Assembly (NCBI RefSeq): GCF_009914755.1
Contig: NC_060926.1
Length of the DNA: 64,000 bases
Source: the human T2T-CHM13v2.0 reference genome, Homo sapiens
Strand: one strand, 5' to 3'
A program made the translations under genes and the position numbers. The notes below the pieces were generated by a model. It was not told where the DNA came from, did no database searches, and was given only the letters and a program-made list of their open reading frames with translations. Shown piece after piece: positions 17,320 through 30,442 of this stretch. Each line of letters opens with the position of its first letter. Within the stretch, counting starts at the first letter, position 1.

Positions 17320-17585
17320 CAGTGCCTCTCAAGCTCTCTTTGGTGAAGAATCAATTTTTAAAATATATAATCAGTCACAGATCAATGCTTTTGTAAAATG
17401 CAATAAAAGTTAATTTCCAAAAAAATCACATACTTGGGTACCATGGTAATGTCAATGTAAAATTGCTGTAAAATTGTTCTAAGTGCTTACTCTCAATGTC
17501 TGTGCTCAGCTTATCAGCAACCAGTAACAGTTTGTACCACTGGTTTGTACCACGACAACCATGCTACACTTGGAGCTGACACTTT
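17320..17585. mobile_element. hAT-Charlie non-autonomous element (Charlie18a-like)
   Basis: cagtgcctctcaa...cacttggagctgacact TIR-like ends; resembles 35943-36550. Confidence 0.5.
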
Positions 17586-17793
17586 CATAAAGGTTAATTT
17601 CCCTCTTTTCCTTCCTGAAGTTTGACCTCTTCCTTGATTAGATAGGAGGAGGGATTCCGACAGCCCCTCACCATCTGTTTAGAACCTCTCCCCCCATTGC
17701 AGGTCCTTCCTGGTCATCTAACACCATATGCCATATGGAACAGTCCTGATTATACATATTCTGTCTCATGGGCAATGTGTTCTGATTTGGGTC

Positions 17794-18118
17794 TTTTTTT
17801 TTTTTTTTTTTTTTTTTGAGACAGATACTCTGTCACTCAGGTTGGAGTGCAATGGCATGATCATAGCTCACACTGCAGCCTCCAACTCCTGGGCTCAAGC
17901 GATCCTCCTGCCTCAACCTCCCTTGTAGCTAGGACTACAGGTGTGAGTCATCACCATAGCTGATTTTTTTTTACTTTTGTTATTTGTAGAGATGAGGACT
18001 CACTGTGTTGCCCAGGCTGGTCTTGAACTCCTGACCTCAAGCAATCCTCCCACCTCAGCCTCCCGAAGTGCTGGGATGAGCCACCCATTCACACAGGCAT
18101 GAGGCACTGCACCTAGCT
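17794..18118 (-). mobile_element. AluJ SINE
   Basis: poly(T) then antisense dimer with ctcctgggctcaagcgatcctcc. Confidence 0.92.
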
Positions 18119-18490
18119 TGATTTTTTTTTCTATTGACTGCCCTACAGTAGATGTGTTCGTGAAAACGTGAGCATAGATTCTGTATTTGATGCAAAAAAG
18201 AATGAGGAGAACTGGGTCCCAAGGCAGGCAAGCCCTTCCTGGGATGGTTATAGGAACCAAAAGTGTCCTGCTGAGTGGGACACAGTGCAAAGGCTTCTGC
18301 CTGGAATTATAACAACTGCAGTTACAATTTTTTTTGAGCACCTAAGATATGCCAGACCCTGAGCTTCACAAGCCGTATCTCTATCTTTCCCAGCAATTTT
18401 GCAAAATAGATATGATTTGTCTAATTTAAAATGAGCTATATCAACTCCATGTGGCTATGCAGGTGCTATGCAGCCTAGAAGGCTTTAAAA

Positions 18491-18665
18491 CGGCATCTTC
18501 CAAATGCTGGTCTGGGAGCAGCTTCACAGCATCCTGAGGAGCTTTTTAAAAATGCAGACACCCAGCCCCACATCCTCGATTTTTATTCGAAGCCTGTGAG
18601 CCTTCCCCAGGCCCCCCAGGTGACTCCGAATCCTGGCTGGCTCTGGCACTGCGGTTCTGGGCTGC
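18491..18665. mobile_element. MER5-like hAT MITE, degenerate
   Basis: agcatcctgaggagctttttaaaaatgcagac...ccccaggtgactc. Confidence 0.55.
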
Positions 18666-18813
18666 TAAGGGCTGGGGTCTTGTGGGCTGAGGGGGAACCA
18701 TAGGAAAAGTCCAGGAAAAGCCACAATGGGAAGGGTGCCTGGGAGGGAACTTCAGTAAACTATAATACAGCCATATGGCAGCATACTATACAGCCCTTAA
18801 AAATGAAGAATTT

Positions 18814-19244
<431 letters not shown>

Positions 19245-19669
19245 TTATTGGTTATCTCCACATGAAGATTCTATGTGATTTTACCTTCCTCTGTACACTT
19301 TTCTCCCTAGGGAGCGTGTTACCTTTCTAAATAGAAAAGCGTAAGTGTGTTTTTGAAAGAGAAAAGTCTGTCATCCTCTGTCACCCCAGCCAGCAGAAGT
19401 CAACTTTCACATTCTGGAGTTAGGCAGAAATTGCTGGGGTTTTTGTTTTCTTCTTCCCTCTGAGGGCAGGAAATAACTCTTTCCCACTGGGTTTCCTGCT
19501 GGAGTTGGAGGCCCAGAAAAATTCTGGCTGAAGACTGGAGGCAGGTATAAACATGCCAGGCTTGCAAGGTCCTCTGTGAGTGGCTCTTGGGTATCTCTGC
19601 GTCCCTCTCTCTCCAGCACCTGCTCTGGGAGCTGTTTCTGGAAAGCACCATCACCACTTTTGCAAGGCC

Positions 19670-19950
19670 GTCCTCTCTACCTGGAAGGCTCTTCCCTGCT
19701 CCTCTCTTGCTTAACTAACATCCTTCGGCCATTGTCTTAGGTGTCCATGTTCTAAGGCCCATCTTCCCTGACCCCCAGTACTGAGTCAGGACCCCCAAGA
19801 GCTCCCAGAACACCCTGTTCTCCCTGATTTGATTGTCATCATGGGTTACTTCTAAGGCTCCCCAAGGGTTGGGACTCTATATCCGGTGCATTATCAAAGC
19901 CTGGTACACAGCAGGCACTCAATAAATGTTTACTGAATGAATGAAGAAAT
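19670..19950 (+). mobile_element. L2 3' end
   Basis: gcctggtacacagcaggcactcaataaatgtttactgaatgaatga. Confidence 0.8.
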
Positions 19951-20910
19951 CCTGCCTTGAGATCCAAGGTACCAAAGGAGCTCTGAGAGAGGCAGGTGTC
20001 ATCCCAAGGAGCTCTGGTACCTGCCTCTCTCAGAGCTCCTTGGAGGAAAGGGTCCAGGTAGTTCTTTCTGCATAAAGCTGTTATGGCTGGTGCCATGTGA
20101 TTCAAAAACCACCTCCACCACCTGCTCCAAGGGATTAGACCGGAGATAGGAAGGCAAGCAGACAGCGGGCAGGAGGGGGCTGGCCTCCTCTTCAATGGCT
20201 TGCTCAGAAACTCTGCCCCATGCAGGGACTCTGTCTAGGGTGGTGGCTAACTGGCCCAACAGCTAGCTTCTTGGGAGGAGGCTCACTGAGGGAAGCGGTT
20301 GTCCTAAGGGCCGCTGAGTTTCATCTGGTTGCTCTGGGAAGGATGCGCTTCTGCAAAAGCCCTGGAGGCAGAGCCCCTTCAGCCTCTCCAGGCCTCAGAG
20401 CTGAGCCCCGCCCCCCGATGCCCCCACCCATCTGACTCTTCTTGACAAACTAAAAAGGCTGCCTTGCAGGGGAGGGCAGCCACCCACGGTGTCACCCTCT
20501 GGCTGCTCACCGGCCACCCTTGGGCCTCTCCTCTGGGCCGCCCTTCCTTCTCGAGTGTTCTCCGTGTGAGGGCCCTGGCCCAGCTGGCCCCAAACGGGAT
20601 TTGGGCACCCAACCCAGACCGGCAGGTTTGCAGGTGGTTGATGAACTCAGGGCCCTGCCGTTCTGTTTCCAGGATCCCCTGGCCTGGGGTCTAGGGGATG
20701 AGGTAATGGGACTGCCCCTGCCTCCCACACATCTCCTAGCGGAGCGAGGGGCTCACCTGGTGCACAGGCCCACTTTGGTGGGGTGGAACAGACCACACAG
20801 AGGGATTGCGGGTAAATAGAAACGTGTTACTGGTGCTTCAGAAATGTGCTGGGAGCGGGGGGTCCTGAGAGGGCAAGAGTGGGCTTCCAGAGCCTAGGAG
20901 GGACTGACCT

Positions 20911-20929
20911 TGCGCATCAGAGGGCAGTG
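20911..20929 (+). promoter_or_regulatory. Candidate CTCF motif
   Basis: tgcgcatcagagggcagtg vs consensus TGGCCACCAGRGGGCRCTA; core CAGAGGGCAG intact. Confidence 0.3.
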
Positions 20930-22079
20930 ACCTGCTAAGGCCAGCCCTTAGGATGTCTCGAGTTCTGCCAGGTTGTGCTTGCCCTCACCCTGCCATCTTC
21001 TCCGCCCTTTCAACACTCTTCTCCCTTTCCTTTCCCCTCTTCAGGAACCAGTGCCCTCTGGCCTCTGGCAGCCACATGTTCCAGTCTTGGAAGGATAACT
21101 CAGATCTAAAATATTCTCATTGCACATTAGCCCGTGCGTCACCATGCTGTGGCTCCCCCAAAGCCTCCTGCCACGGAAGGCTGGTGGCTGACACACTCAC
21201 CCACACTGAGGTGCCAGGAACAGGGTGGCTTGGGGCAGACAGTGAGGAAGCAGGGGCAGATTTAAGAGTGGCTCATGGAAAGGAAGACTTCTGCCAAAGG
21301 AATGAGTCTCTCAGATGAGGAAGAACTGGTCCAGTGAGAGAGAGAGTGGGGGCTCCACTCAGAGTTGACCACCTTCTCTGCCACAACAGGGAGGTTCTGC
21401 CCGGGGCTAAGGGGTGGGGAGGGAAGCCTGGGGATGTGAGCTTAGTGAGGGCCACCCGCCGTGAAGATGGGCCGCCTCATCACAGCCGAGGTGGAGAGAG
21501 CGCTGAGCTGGGAGCCCAGACCCCTGTCAGTGCTAGCCCAGCTCTGCCTCAGATGGCCCGAGTTTTTGCAGATCACCTATTGGGCCCCAGTTTTCCTACT
21601 GGTAAAATGGGAACAAACCTATCCACATCTCAGGGCTGTTGTGAGAGCCATTGAGATAAGACAGGAAAGACATGGGCAAGTCAGACGAGAGACACCATGA
21701 GGCAGTGGAAGGGTAGCCAACAGGGCATCAAGAGATGGACCTGGGCAAGTGCCTGCCCCTCTCTGTACACTGCAAGGGTCAGAGCAGCCGATCTCGGAGG
21801 ACCTGTCAGCCCCAGCCTCTCTTATCTTCCCCTGCTCCAGGGAAGCTTCCTGAGGAGGTGCCAGAGCAGCTCCGGTCACTCGCCATGATGGCTCAGAGCC
21901 AGTGCCAAGGGCCTCGCTCCGACACTCACCTGAGGACACGTGGGGAAGCAGGCAGAGGGAGGAGGTGGCCCCACCCACTCCTGCAGGTGGACTTGCTTCT
22001 CCTCAGTCCTCACCCTCTGGCTTCTGGTGGGTTTTCCTGTCCTATTTGCTGTGATCCCCTGACAGCCAGCACCCCTACA

Positions 22080-22298
22080 AACACCACACACACACAAACA
22101 CACACAGTGTATGTGTGCACAGTGCTGGTGCTAGACTGAGTCACACACACACACACATACACACGCTCATGCATACTCTTTCACATGCAAAAACATATAC
22201 TCTGACACACACACACACATACACACACACATACACTCACACATGCAAACACACATACATGCACACACACACACACACACACACACATGCACACACAC
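22080..22298. repeat. Long interrupted (CA)n/(TG)n tract
   Basis: Direct inspection. Confidence 0.9.
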
Positions 22299-22979
22299 TA
22301 GTCCTCTGCCCTGCCTGGTGGCTTCTGGTCAAGTCCAGTCCTGGGTCCAGAACCAAGCTCCTGCAGTCTGGGGCTCCCCAGCAGAACTTGTGTCCTAGGA
22401 AAGCCACCTCCCTGCCCCCGCCAGGTCTGGACCCTGGGCACTGCAGGGACTGCTCTCAGGGAACGGCCTGGCCACTGATCTGCTTCAGGGTGAGCATGTT
22501 TCACAGCCACCTGGGTCAGGAAGCCCACATTCTCCCAAGGGAAGGCGACTCATAGCTAATGTCTGAGGGTGATCTGAGCACTCTTCACCACCCCGTCAGC
22601 CCTTAGCTTTCGTCTCATCTCCTTGCCAACAGCACATAAGTGTGAGTGACTCCTTACTGCCGTCCAGGCAGCCTGGGGGCTACGAGGGGCTTCAGAGGTC
22701 CTCATCCCCAGCCTGTAGGCCTGGCCATACTGGACCCATGAGATCAGCCACCCTGTCAGCTGGTACCTCGGGGTCCTACAGTCCTCCTCGCTCAAGCCCT
22801 GGTCCTCTAACTCGGAGGTGATGAGGTGTTGGGCTGGAAGAGACAGGCAGCCAGGTAAGAGTGTGGGGAGACACGGATGCCCAGTGGGCAGCTCTGCCCT
22901 GGGTGCTGCTGTTTCTGCCTCTCTTGGGATGGGTTGGGTTGAGGAAGGGACCTCTGAGATGGAGGAGGCCTCCATGCCC

Positions 22980-23240
22980 TTTGCCTCCCCTTCCCCGATG
23001 CCCCATCCTCCTCGTCCTCCTCGTCCTCCTTGTCCTGCCTCACTTGCCTCAAGTGCTCTCTGCATTGCCTTGCAGACCTCACCTCTCCATGTGTCTCTGT
23101 ATCTCTGCCACCTTGTCCCTCTGTTTTCTATCTCTGGCTCCTTTCTCTGTGTCTATGCCTGTGTCCCCAGCTCTCTCTGGGTCCTCATGCCACTCTCTGC
23201 CTCCCTCTCACTCTGTGCCTCTCTGTCCTGTCTCTCTCTG
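22980..23240. repeat. CT-rich low-complexity region
   Basis: (CCT)n and (CT)n-like runs. Confidence 0.7.
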
Positions 23241-23592
23241 ACCAGTTCTCGGACCTCCTTCCCCTCCAGAGTCCTCCTCTTGACAATCCACTTTGTAGCA
23301 ATCTCATGAAAAAAAGGAAAGAGAAGGCACTATGTGGTTTTATCATCACAATAAAACCTGGTGGGCTTGACATGCGGCTGCAGGGTCTGCCCACCCTCAC
23401 AGCTGCCACCCTCCCTCCTCCAGGGCAGTCTCTGTGCATTCAGCAGAGGCACCAGCCTGGTGCAGCTCCCCTGCCTGACACTTCTAGAGCAGAAGCCCAC
23501 CAGCCACAGGGCATGTCTTGAAGGGACAGCCAAGTATAGGGACAAAGCAGGAGCCCAGGACCAAAGCAGGTGTCCAGATGGAATTAGATGTC

Positions 23593-23956
23593 TGCTATGG
23601 AATGCATGTTGGAGATTAGGTGAAGCCCTAACCCCCAAGGTGATGGTATTTGAAGGTGGGGCCTTTGGGTGGTAATTAGGTTTAGATGAGGTCATGAGGG
23701 TAGGGCCCCCATGATGGGATTAGTGCCCTTATGAAAAGAGGAAGAGAAGCCAGAGTGCTCTCTGCCTTGCCATGTGAGGACACAACAAGAAGGCAGCCAA
23801 CTGCAAGCCAGACAGAGCCCTCACCAGAAACTGAATTGGCCAGCACCATGATCTTGGACTTCACAGTCTCCAGAACCCTGTGAGGAATAAACCCCTATTG
23901 TTTAAAGCCACCCGGTCTACCATATTTTGTTATGGCAGCCCAAGATGACTAAGATG
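23593..23956 (+). mobile_element. MaLR solo LTR (MLT1A-like)
   Basis: tgctatgg...ggtggggcctttgggtggtaattaggtttagatgaggtcatgagggt...tttgttatggcagcccaagatgactaaga. Confidence 0.85.
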
Positions 23957-25010
23957 GTATTGCAACCTGATTGACCCCTCTGTAGGAGAGGCAGCAGCCT
24001 GGTGAGACTCCAGGCCTGACCTGGACCAAGGTCAACCCTGCCCTGCACTCTGCACCCCTCTACGCCCTCACCTATTGTGGCCTCTGGCTTCTGCCACAGA
24101 GACTCCCACAGGAATGTGAAGAAGGCACATGCCCCAGAGGGCTGGACCTGTTCCAGAGTCAGCCTAGCAACCTGCTGACTTGACTACAGTGGGCTCTGAG
24201 GTCCGAGGAGTGGCCCCTGGCTAGCACAGGTCACTGACACTTGGTGGTGCTTCCTGGCGGGGGTGGGAGGAGAACGGGCACTGGGACAATCCAGGTCTGC
24301 CCTCCCCCAGTTTTTCCCGTCACTGTCTCACGTCCTAGGAGTATCTGTGTGCCTTGTCTGTGCCCCACCAAAGGCTCCTATCTCTCTGCCTGCAAATCCT
24401 TCAATCACCACCCACATCCCATGCCCACCCAAGGGGATCCGCAAGTGATGAGCCACCTGGAGCAGGCGTGAGGAAGTGCAAACTCCAAGCCCTCCCCTTC
24501 CAAGCTTTGGCCTCTGTCGTGGTAACAGTTGCTTGTTTTTTGAACATCTAAAGTGTGTAGGAACTTGTGGTTTACAAAAGGGCTTCTCTTGCTCATTTCG
24601 TTTAATCCTCACAACAGGATTATTACCATGCACATTTTACAGAAGACGAAAGCAAAGCTCAGAGGACTAAGTGACTCCATGCTGATTACACAGCACAGGA
24701 TTGACCCCCCCGCCTTCTAGGGCTGAGACCCAGCTAGTTACCATCTAAGCATCCCTTTCCTCCCAACACAAAGCCTCTGCATGGCCACTACAACCCTATT
24801 AACTGTCAGGCATACCTGTGCCTCCCTGGCCTGGGGCCTTTGGCCATTCCCCTGCCAGAAATGCCTTTACCTATCCTTTCGCTTTTTTACTCATTTTTCA
24901 AAGCCCAGCTCATGCCCCATCTCCACTTGAAAGTCTTCCATTGCCTTTATGGAACAAGCCTTCTTAGAGCCCATGTTGTGCTTGTAATCAGCACCATGAA
25001 GTTTAACAAT

Positions 25011-25507
25011 TGTGGCAGAGCCAACTTGTCCCTGCACATCTACTCTCCCCTTCCTGAGTTTTACCTAGGCACATGGCTGCCTAGACAAAAGCCTGAATTT
25101 TCTAGACGCTATATGTTAGATGTAGTCAAGTTCTGATCAATGGGAGGTAAACAGAGTATCACTATGACTGTGAGAAAGTATTGATAAATGGTGAGGTACC
25201 ATTCTTCTGCTGTCCTTTTCTACTTCCTTCCAGCTGAAATGTGAACATGATGGCTGGAGCTCAAGCAGCCATTTTGGGCCATAAGGTGGATGCCGTGTAT
25301 GAGAATGGCAGAGTAATACAACTAAGGAACTTCAGATGCTAATACAGCTAAGGAACTTGAGATGCTGATGGTCATGGAGCTTCCTATACCTGGGCTGTTT
25401 ACTTCTACACTTTGCTTATCTGAAGGGATAATCAACTTCTCTCTTGTTTACAACATTATATTTTGGGTCTTCTGTCACTTTAGCCAAATACTATCCTAAC
25501 CAGTACA
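25011..25507 (+). mobile_element. Old MaLR LTR (MLT1I/J-like)
   Basis: tgtggcag...tgatggctggagctcaagcagccattttgggcc...ctaaccagtaca. Confidence 0.65.
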
Positions 25508-25834
25508 AAAACAACAACCAACCAATGAGTCTTTATTGAGCAGTTACTTTGTGCCACGCACTGTAATAGGCAAGGTTTTCAAAGCTGTTTTTCATTTAAT
25601 TTTCACAGCAACCTTAAAACCAGGTGTTAAGACTAATTAAATTTGTGAGCTTCATCTCCCAAATGAATTTTTTGTTCATTTGTTGGCTCCTGCTACATAC
25701 CAGACATTTGTCAAGGCATTGAGGGTACAGTAGCAAATAAGAGAAATTCCTTTTCTTCAAAACATTCACAGTCCAGTGGGAGAAACAGACAAGTAAGTGG
25801 AAATAACAATGCAATGTGAGGATGATAATAATAT

Positions 25835-26810
25835 TATCATTTTAAGGTGCTATCAATTGTAGCATGCACTGTTATGTACTATCAAGAAAAAATATACTGC
25901 CATTAAACTGAATTATAATGCCTTAACGATAGTCTCACGTGACACATGAACCAGATACACCAACCTCTGCTTACTTTGAAATCGTTTATTAGCTATTCCA
26001 AGGGATTTCACAATTTCTCTGGCCCTTGGTTGCTTTGCTTGGTATGTGACAGGCCATCTTTTCAGACATATCTCAGTAACAAAACATAGCACAACTTCAT
26101 CTGTTTATATCTTCGTTTCCTGTCCCATAAAGTACCTGATTGTGATTCTGGAAGAGACATAGACTATGGTGGTGCCTCTGTTGGTGAATATTTGCCTCAT
26201 TAATATCAAGTTTATGCCCTGCCACTTGGTTTCATGTTCTTCTTCACATTCAACAAATTTTCCTTTCTTTGTTGAGCAATAGCATTCTTGAAGGCAGTTT
26301 AGAGGCAGTTAAACTCAACACATAAAATATCTAGGAATGACAAAACTACGCATTCATTTACAACTCATAGCTCTAAAGAGCAAAGACCAAATTTATGCTT
26401 ATTCAGGCAATGACAACTATGTGGCAACACCACAGGATAAACAATGATTATAAGATTTTTTGGGGCTGGGTGTGGTGGCTCATACTGTAAGCCCAACACT
26501 TTGGGAGGCTAAGGTGGGTGGATCGCCTGAGGCCAGCCTGGGCAACATGGAGAAACCCCATCTCTACAAAAAATACATGTGGTGGTACATGCCTATGGAC
26601 CCAGCTACCAGGGAGGTTGACGTGGGAGGATCACTTGAGCCCAGGAAGTTGAGGCTGTAATGAGCTGCGAGTGTGCCACTGCACTCTAGCCTGGGCGACA
26701 GAGTGAGACCTTGCCCTGAAAAAAAAAAAAAAAAAAAAAAAAAAGATGTTTTTGATTGTAAGCACTGTGCAATCTCAAATGTTTGAAGAAGTGATTTTTT
26801 TTAAGTGTCT
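25835..26810 (-). mobile_element. TcMar-Tigger/pogo relic (Tigger13-like), interrupted by Alu
   Basis: Minus strand translates to a degenerate CENP-B-type HTH: DEVVLCFVTEICLKRWPVTYQAKQPRAREIVKSLGI../FKVSRGWCIWFMCHVRLSLRH. Confidence 0.75.
26464..26743 (+). mobile_element. AluJ SINE with internal deletions
   Basis: Dimer and long poly(A); TSD-like aagattttt / aagatgttt. Confidence 0.9.
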
Positions 26811-27070
26811 TCCAGAGGCTAGGAGAGGGAGGAGTAGGGAATGACTACTTCATAAGAATGGGGTTTCCTTTGGGGATAATGAAAATGTTCTGGAACTATA
26901 CAGCAGTGATGGCTGCACAACACTGTGGGTGTACTAACTGCTGCCAAAATGTCTGTAGTGCGGGAGGCTGCGCATGTGTGAGGGCAGGGGGTATATGGGA
27001 AAGCTCTGCACCTTCCTCACAATTTTGCTGTGAACATAAACTACTCCCAAAAAGAGTCTTTAAAAAATAA
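26811..27070 (+). mobile_element. L1M (L1MB/MD-like) 3' end
   Basis: ggggtttcctttggggataatgaaaatgttctggaacta; ggggtatatgggaaagctctgcacc. Confidence 0.75.
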
Positions 27071-27091
27071 CTAAATCGCAAGCACTGTCCT

Positions 27092-27158
27092 TTGTGTTGT
27101 TGTTGTTGTTTGCTTCCCAAAGTGCTGAGATTACAGGCGTGAGCCACCACACCCAGCA
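27092..27158 (-). mobile_element. Mini-Alu: first 47 nt of Alu plus A-rich tail
   Basis: TSD caagcactgt(c/t)ct at 27079-27091 and 27160-27172. Confidence 0.85.
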
Positions 27159-27459
27159 ACAAGCACTGTTCTAAGTGTATCACATAAATAGTCAAATGTA
27201 ATGCCAACAACAACCATAAAACATAGCTAATAATAATCACTAACATCCATGGACCACCAATCTCTCAGTGACTTAGGACTTTATAAGCACTAGGTCATTT
27301 ACCTCTCATAACAGCCTATCAAGTTCAGTCTGTTCTGCCATAATGCTTGTTTTGGAAATGAGAACCTATTCCAACATGATTGGTATATCAGGGAACAATA
27401 TAAGCATAATGCAGATTTTGCATTTGCTCTTGTGTGATTTTGTCAGTGGGAAACACTGT

Positions 27460-27635
27460 CAGGGGTTGGTAAACTACAGCCCTCTGGCCAGTGGTCTGTT
27501 TTTGTAAATAAAGATTTATTGGAACACACTCATTCATTGAACAACAACAGCAGAGTTGAGTCATTGCAACAGATACGTCTGCAAAGTTGAAGGTATTTAT
27601 TATCTGGACTTTTAAGAAAAAGTTGTGAAGCCCTG
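27460..27635 (+). mobile_element. MER58A hAT MITE
   Basis: caggggttggtaaactacagcc...tttttgtaaataaagatttattggaacac...gaaaaagttgtgaagccctg. Confidence 0.85.
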
Positions 27636-28230
27636 TGTTATGGGAAGCCAGAAAATGCACCCAGCTGAACCATATATCACAGACAAAACACACATGTACT
27701 TTAAAGAGTTAATCAGTTGTCTTTTCATTTCTTGATGTTATCATAACCACACAATATTTTTTAATTTTAGCATTTAAAAACAGCTTTATTGAGGCGTAAT
27801 TCATGTACCATACATTTCATCCATTTTAAATGTGCAATAATTTTTAGTAAATTTACAGGGTTGTTCATTACCATAACAATCACCATAATCCAATTTTAGA
27901 TAGAACATTTCCATCACCTCCCAATAACCCCTTGTGGCCATTTGCAGTCAATCCCTGTTACACTGCCAGCCCCCACCAATCACTGTAGATTTGTCTGTTT
28001 TGGACATGTCATGTCAGTGGAATCACATAACATGTCATCTTTTGCATCTGGCTTCCTTCACTCAGCATAATGTATTTGAAGTTTGTTCACATGGAAGTAT
28101 CTATCAGTAGTTTGTTCCTTTTTAATTGCTGATTAGTATTCCATTGTTTATCCATTCACTGTTTGACAGACATTTAGGTTATTTCTAGTTTGGGGTAATT
28201 ATAAATAATGTTGTCATAATTTAATGTAAT

Positions 28231-28598
28231 TGTCTTAGTTAGCTTGGGCTGCTATAACAAAATACCATAGACTGGGTGGCTTAAACAACAGACATTTATT
28301 TCTCACAGTTCTGGAGGCTGGGAAGTCCAAGATCAAGGTGCTAGAAATTTCAGTTCCTGGTGAGGGCTCTTGTCCTGGCTTGCAGAAGGCTGCCTTCTTG
28401 CTGTGTCATCAAATGATAGATCTCTGGTCTCTTTTCCAATTCTTATAAGGATACTAATCCCATCACATCTCCACCACTGTGACCTTATTTAAGCCTGATT
28501 ACCTTCCAAAGGCCCTACCACCAAATACCATCATATTGGGAATTAGGGCTTTAACATAGAAATTTACAGTGGGGGACACAAACATTCATCCAATAACA
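28231..28598 (-). mobile_element. MLT1A-like MaLR solo LTR
   Basis: TG...CA termini; perfect 5-bp TSD gtaat (28226-28230, 28599-28603). Confidence 0.92.
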
Positions 28599-29231
28599 GT
28601 AATTATTGATATTATTGGATTTATATCTATCATTTTGCTCTTTATTTTTTACATGTCTCATGTCTGTTTTGTTTCTATGTCACTCCTTTATCGCTTTCTT
28701 TTATGTTTAACATATATTCTTCTAGCAAACCATTTTAATTTCATTGTTCATTTTTACATATAATTGTTGAGTTATTTTCTTAACAGTTACCCTAGTGATT
28801 ACAATATGCATCTTAATGTATCACAAAGTAGGAAGGTAAAATATTTGATTTGACAGTTTGTTAGCTTGAACTATTACTTTTTAATATTTAGGCATTTGGT
28901 GTGTGGTCTCCATTTGTACCCCACCCCAGGCCTTGCATACGTTGAGGAAGGCCTGCCTTTCACATATCTGTATGCATGTATTTTTTCACATAATTATATC
29001 CATACTATGAATTATATATTCTGAATACCGCAGTTCTATATTCTGCTTTTTAAAGTTAACATTTTGCCACAGGCATTTTTATTTGCCATACATTTTTATA
29101 AACTTTTTTAAAGGCTGTATTGTATTCCACTGAATGGATGGAGCAAACTTCAGTTAATCATTTCCCTACTTTAGGACATTTAGGTCATTTTAAATTTTTG
29201 TCTTAAAAAAAAAATAAAATGCTGCAATGAA

Positions 29232-29536
29232 GACTGGGCACGGTGGCTGATGCTTATAATCCCAACACTTTGGGAGGCCAAGGTGGGCAGATCTCATGAG
29301 CTCTGGAGTTTGAGACCAGCCTGGCCAACATGGCAAAACCCCATCTCTACTAAAAGTACAAAAAATTAACCAGGCGTGGTGGCATGCACCTGTAGTTCCA
29401 GCTACTTGGGAGGCAAGGGGGCTGAGGTGGGAGGATCGTTTGAACCTGGGAGACAGAGGCTGCAGTGAGCCGAGTTGGCACCTCTGCACTCCAGCCTGGG
29501 TGACAGAGGGAGACCCCATCTCAAAAAAAAAAAAAA
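29232..29536 (+). mobile_element. Alu SINE (J/S)
   Basis: TSD gctgcaatga on both sides. Confidence 0.93.
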
Positions 29537-30371
29537 TCGCTGCAATGAGGATTTTTGTACACATAACTCTTTTCACATTTTTGAATTTTTGGCATAAATT
29601 CCCAGTTGTAAAATTACTCTGTTGAATATAAAAATATGTTTATAGTTCTTGATATCTTTCACCGTATTATTTTCCTTGAAATTGTAACAATTTACTCAGG
29701 TCAGCAATGAGTAAATAGGTTGGCTAGCTATTTTATCACATCTTCATGAGTTCTGGGTGTCAAGTTAAACTTTCCACTTAACTTTGCATTTCTTTGGTGA
29801 TTAGCAATGCTGCACATTTTTCTGTAAATCTATTTACTAGTTATAACTTGTTTTATGTAATTTGCTTCATTATGCTCCTTGCTTATTTGTATACATATAA
29901 GGCTTTTTATGTTTGTAACTATGAGTTTGTATGGACTCTTTATGTAATATATCCTCCTCAAAACATTTTAGGAAAGAGATAGAATATAAATAAAACCAGA
30001 TTATTTTTAAACTTATCTACCTTAAATGCTGCAAATATTTTTCCCACTTGCCCCTTTTCAGTCTTTTTTTAATACAGAAAATTTACATTTCTCTGTAGTC
30101 AAACCTGCTAATCTTTTCTTTGTGATTTCTTCAATCATTTCTAAGTTTTAATAAAAAGACATTCTCCCTCCAGAGATTTGGTAACTGTTCAAGTCTCTCT
30201 TTTAGTTTGCCTTGGTTTTTAAAAAGTATGTATTAATAACTTTAATCCATGTAAAATTGCTCTGTAAAAATTCCCTCTGGTTGAAGAAAGAAGAGGATCT
30301 CAAAACTTAAGTTTCTCAAACTCAGTAGTTTCTCTTCCCTGGTTTCCTTGCCTGCATCGGACTGGGCCCTG

Positions 30372-30442
30372 AGCCTGAAATCCCAGAATTTTGAGAGGCC
30401 AAGGTGGGAGGGTCACTTGAGGGCAAGAGTTTGAGACCTGCC
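30372..30442 (+). mobile_element. Alu/FLAM left-monomer fragment
   Basis: gcctgaaatcccagaattttgagaggccaaggtgggagggtcacttgagg. Confidence 0.75.

Larger units (their letters stand above)
27770..30255 (-). mobile_element. Old L1M fragments (antisense), interrupted by an MLT1A LTR and an Alu
   Basis: T-rich L1 3' motifs: agctttattgaggcgtaattc, tatccattcac, tttgcatttctttggtgattagcaatg. Confidence 0.75.
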
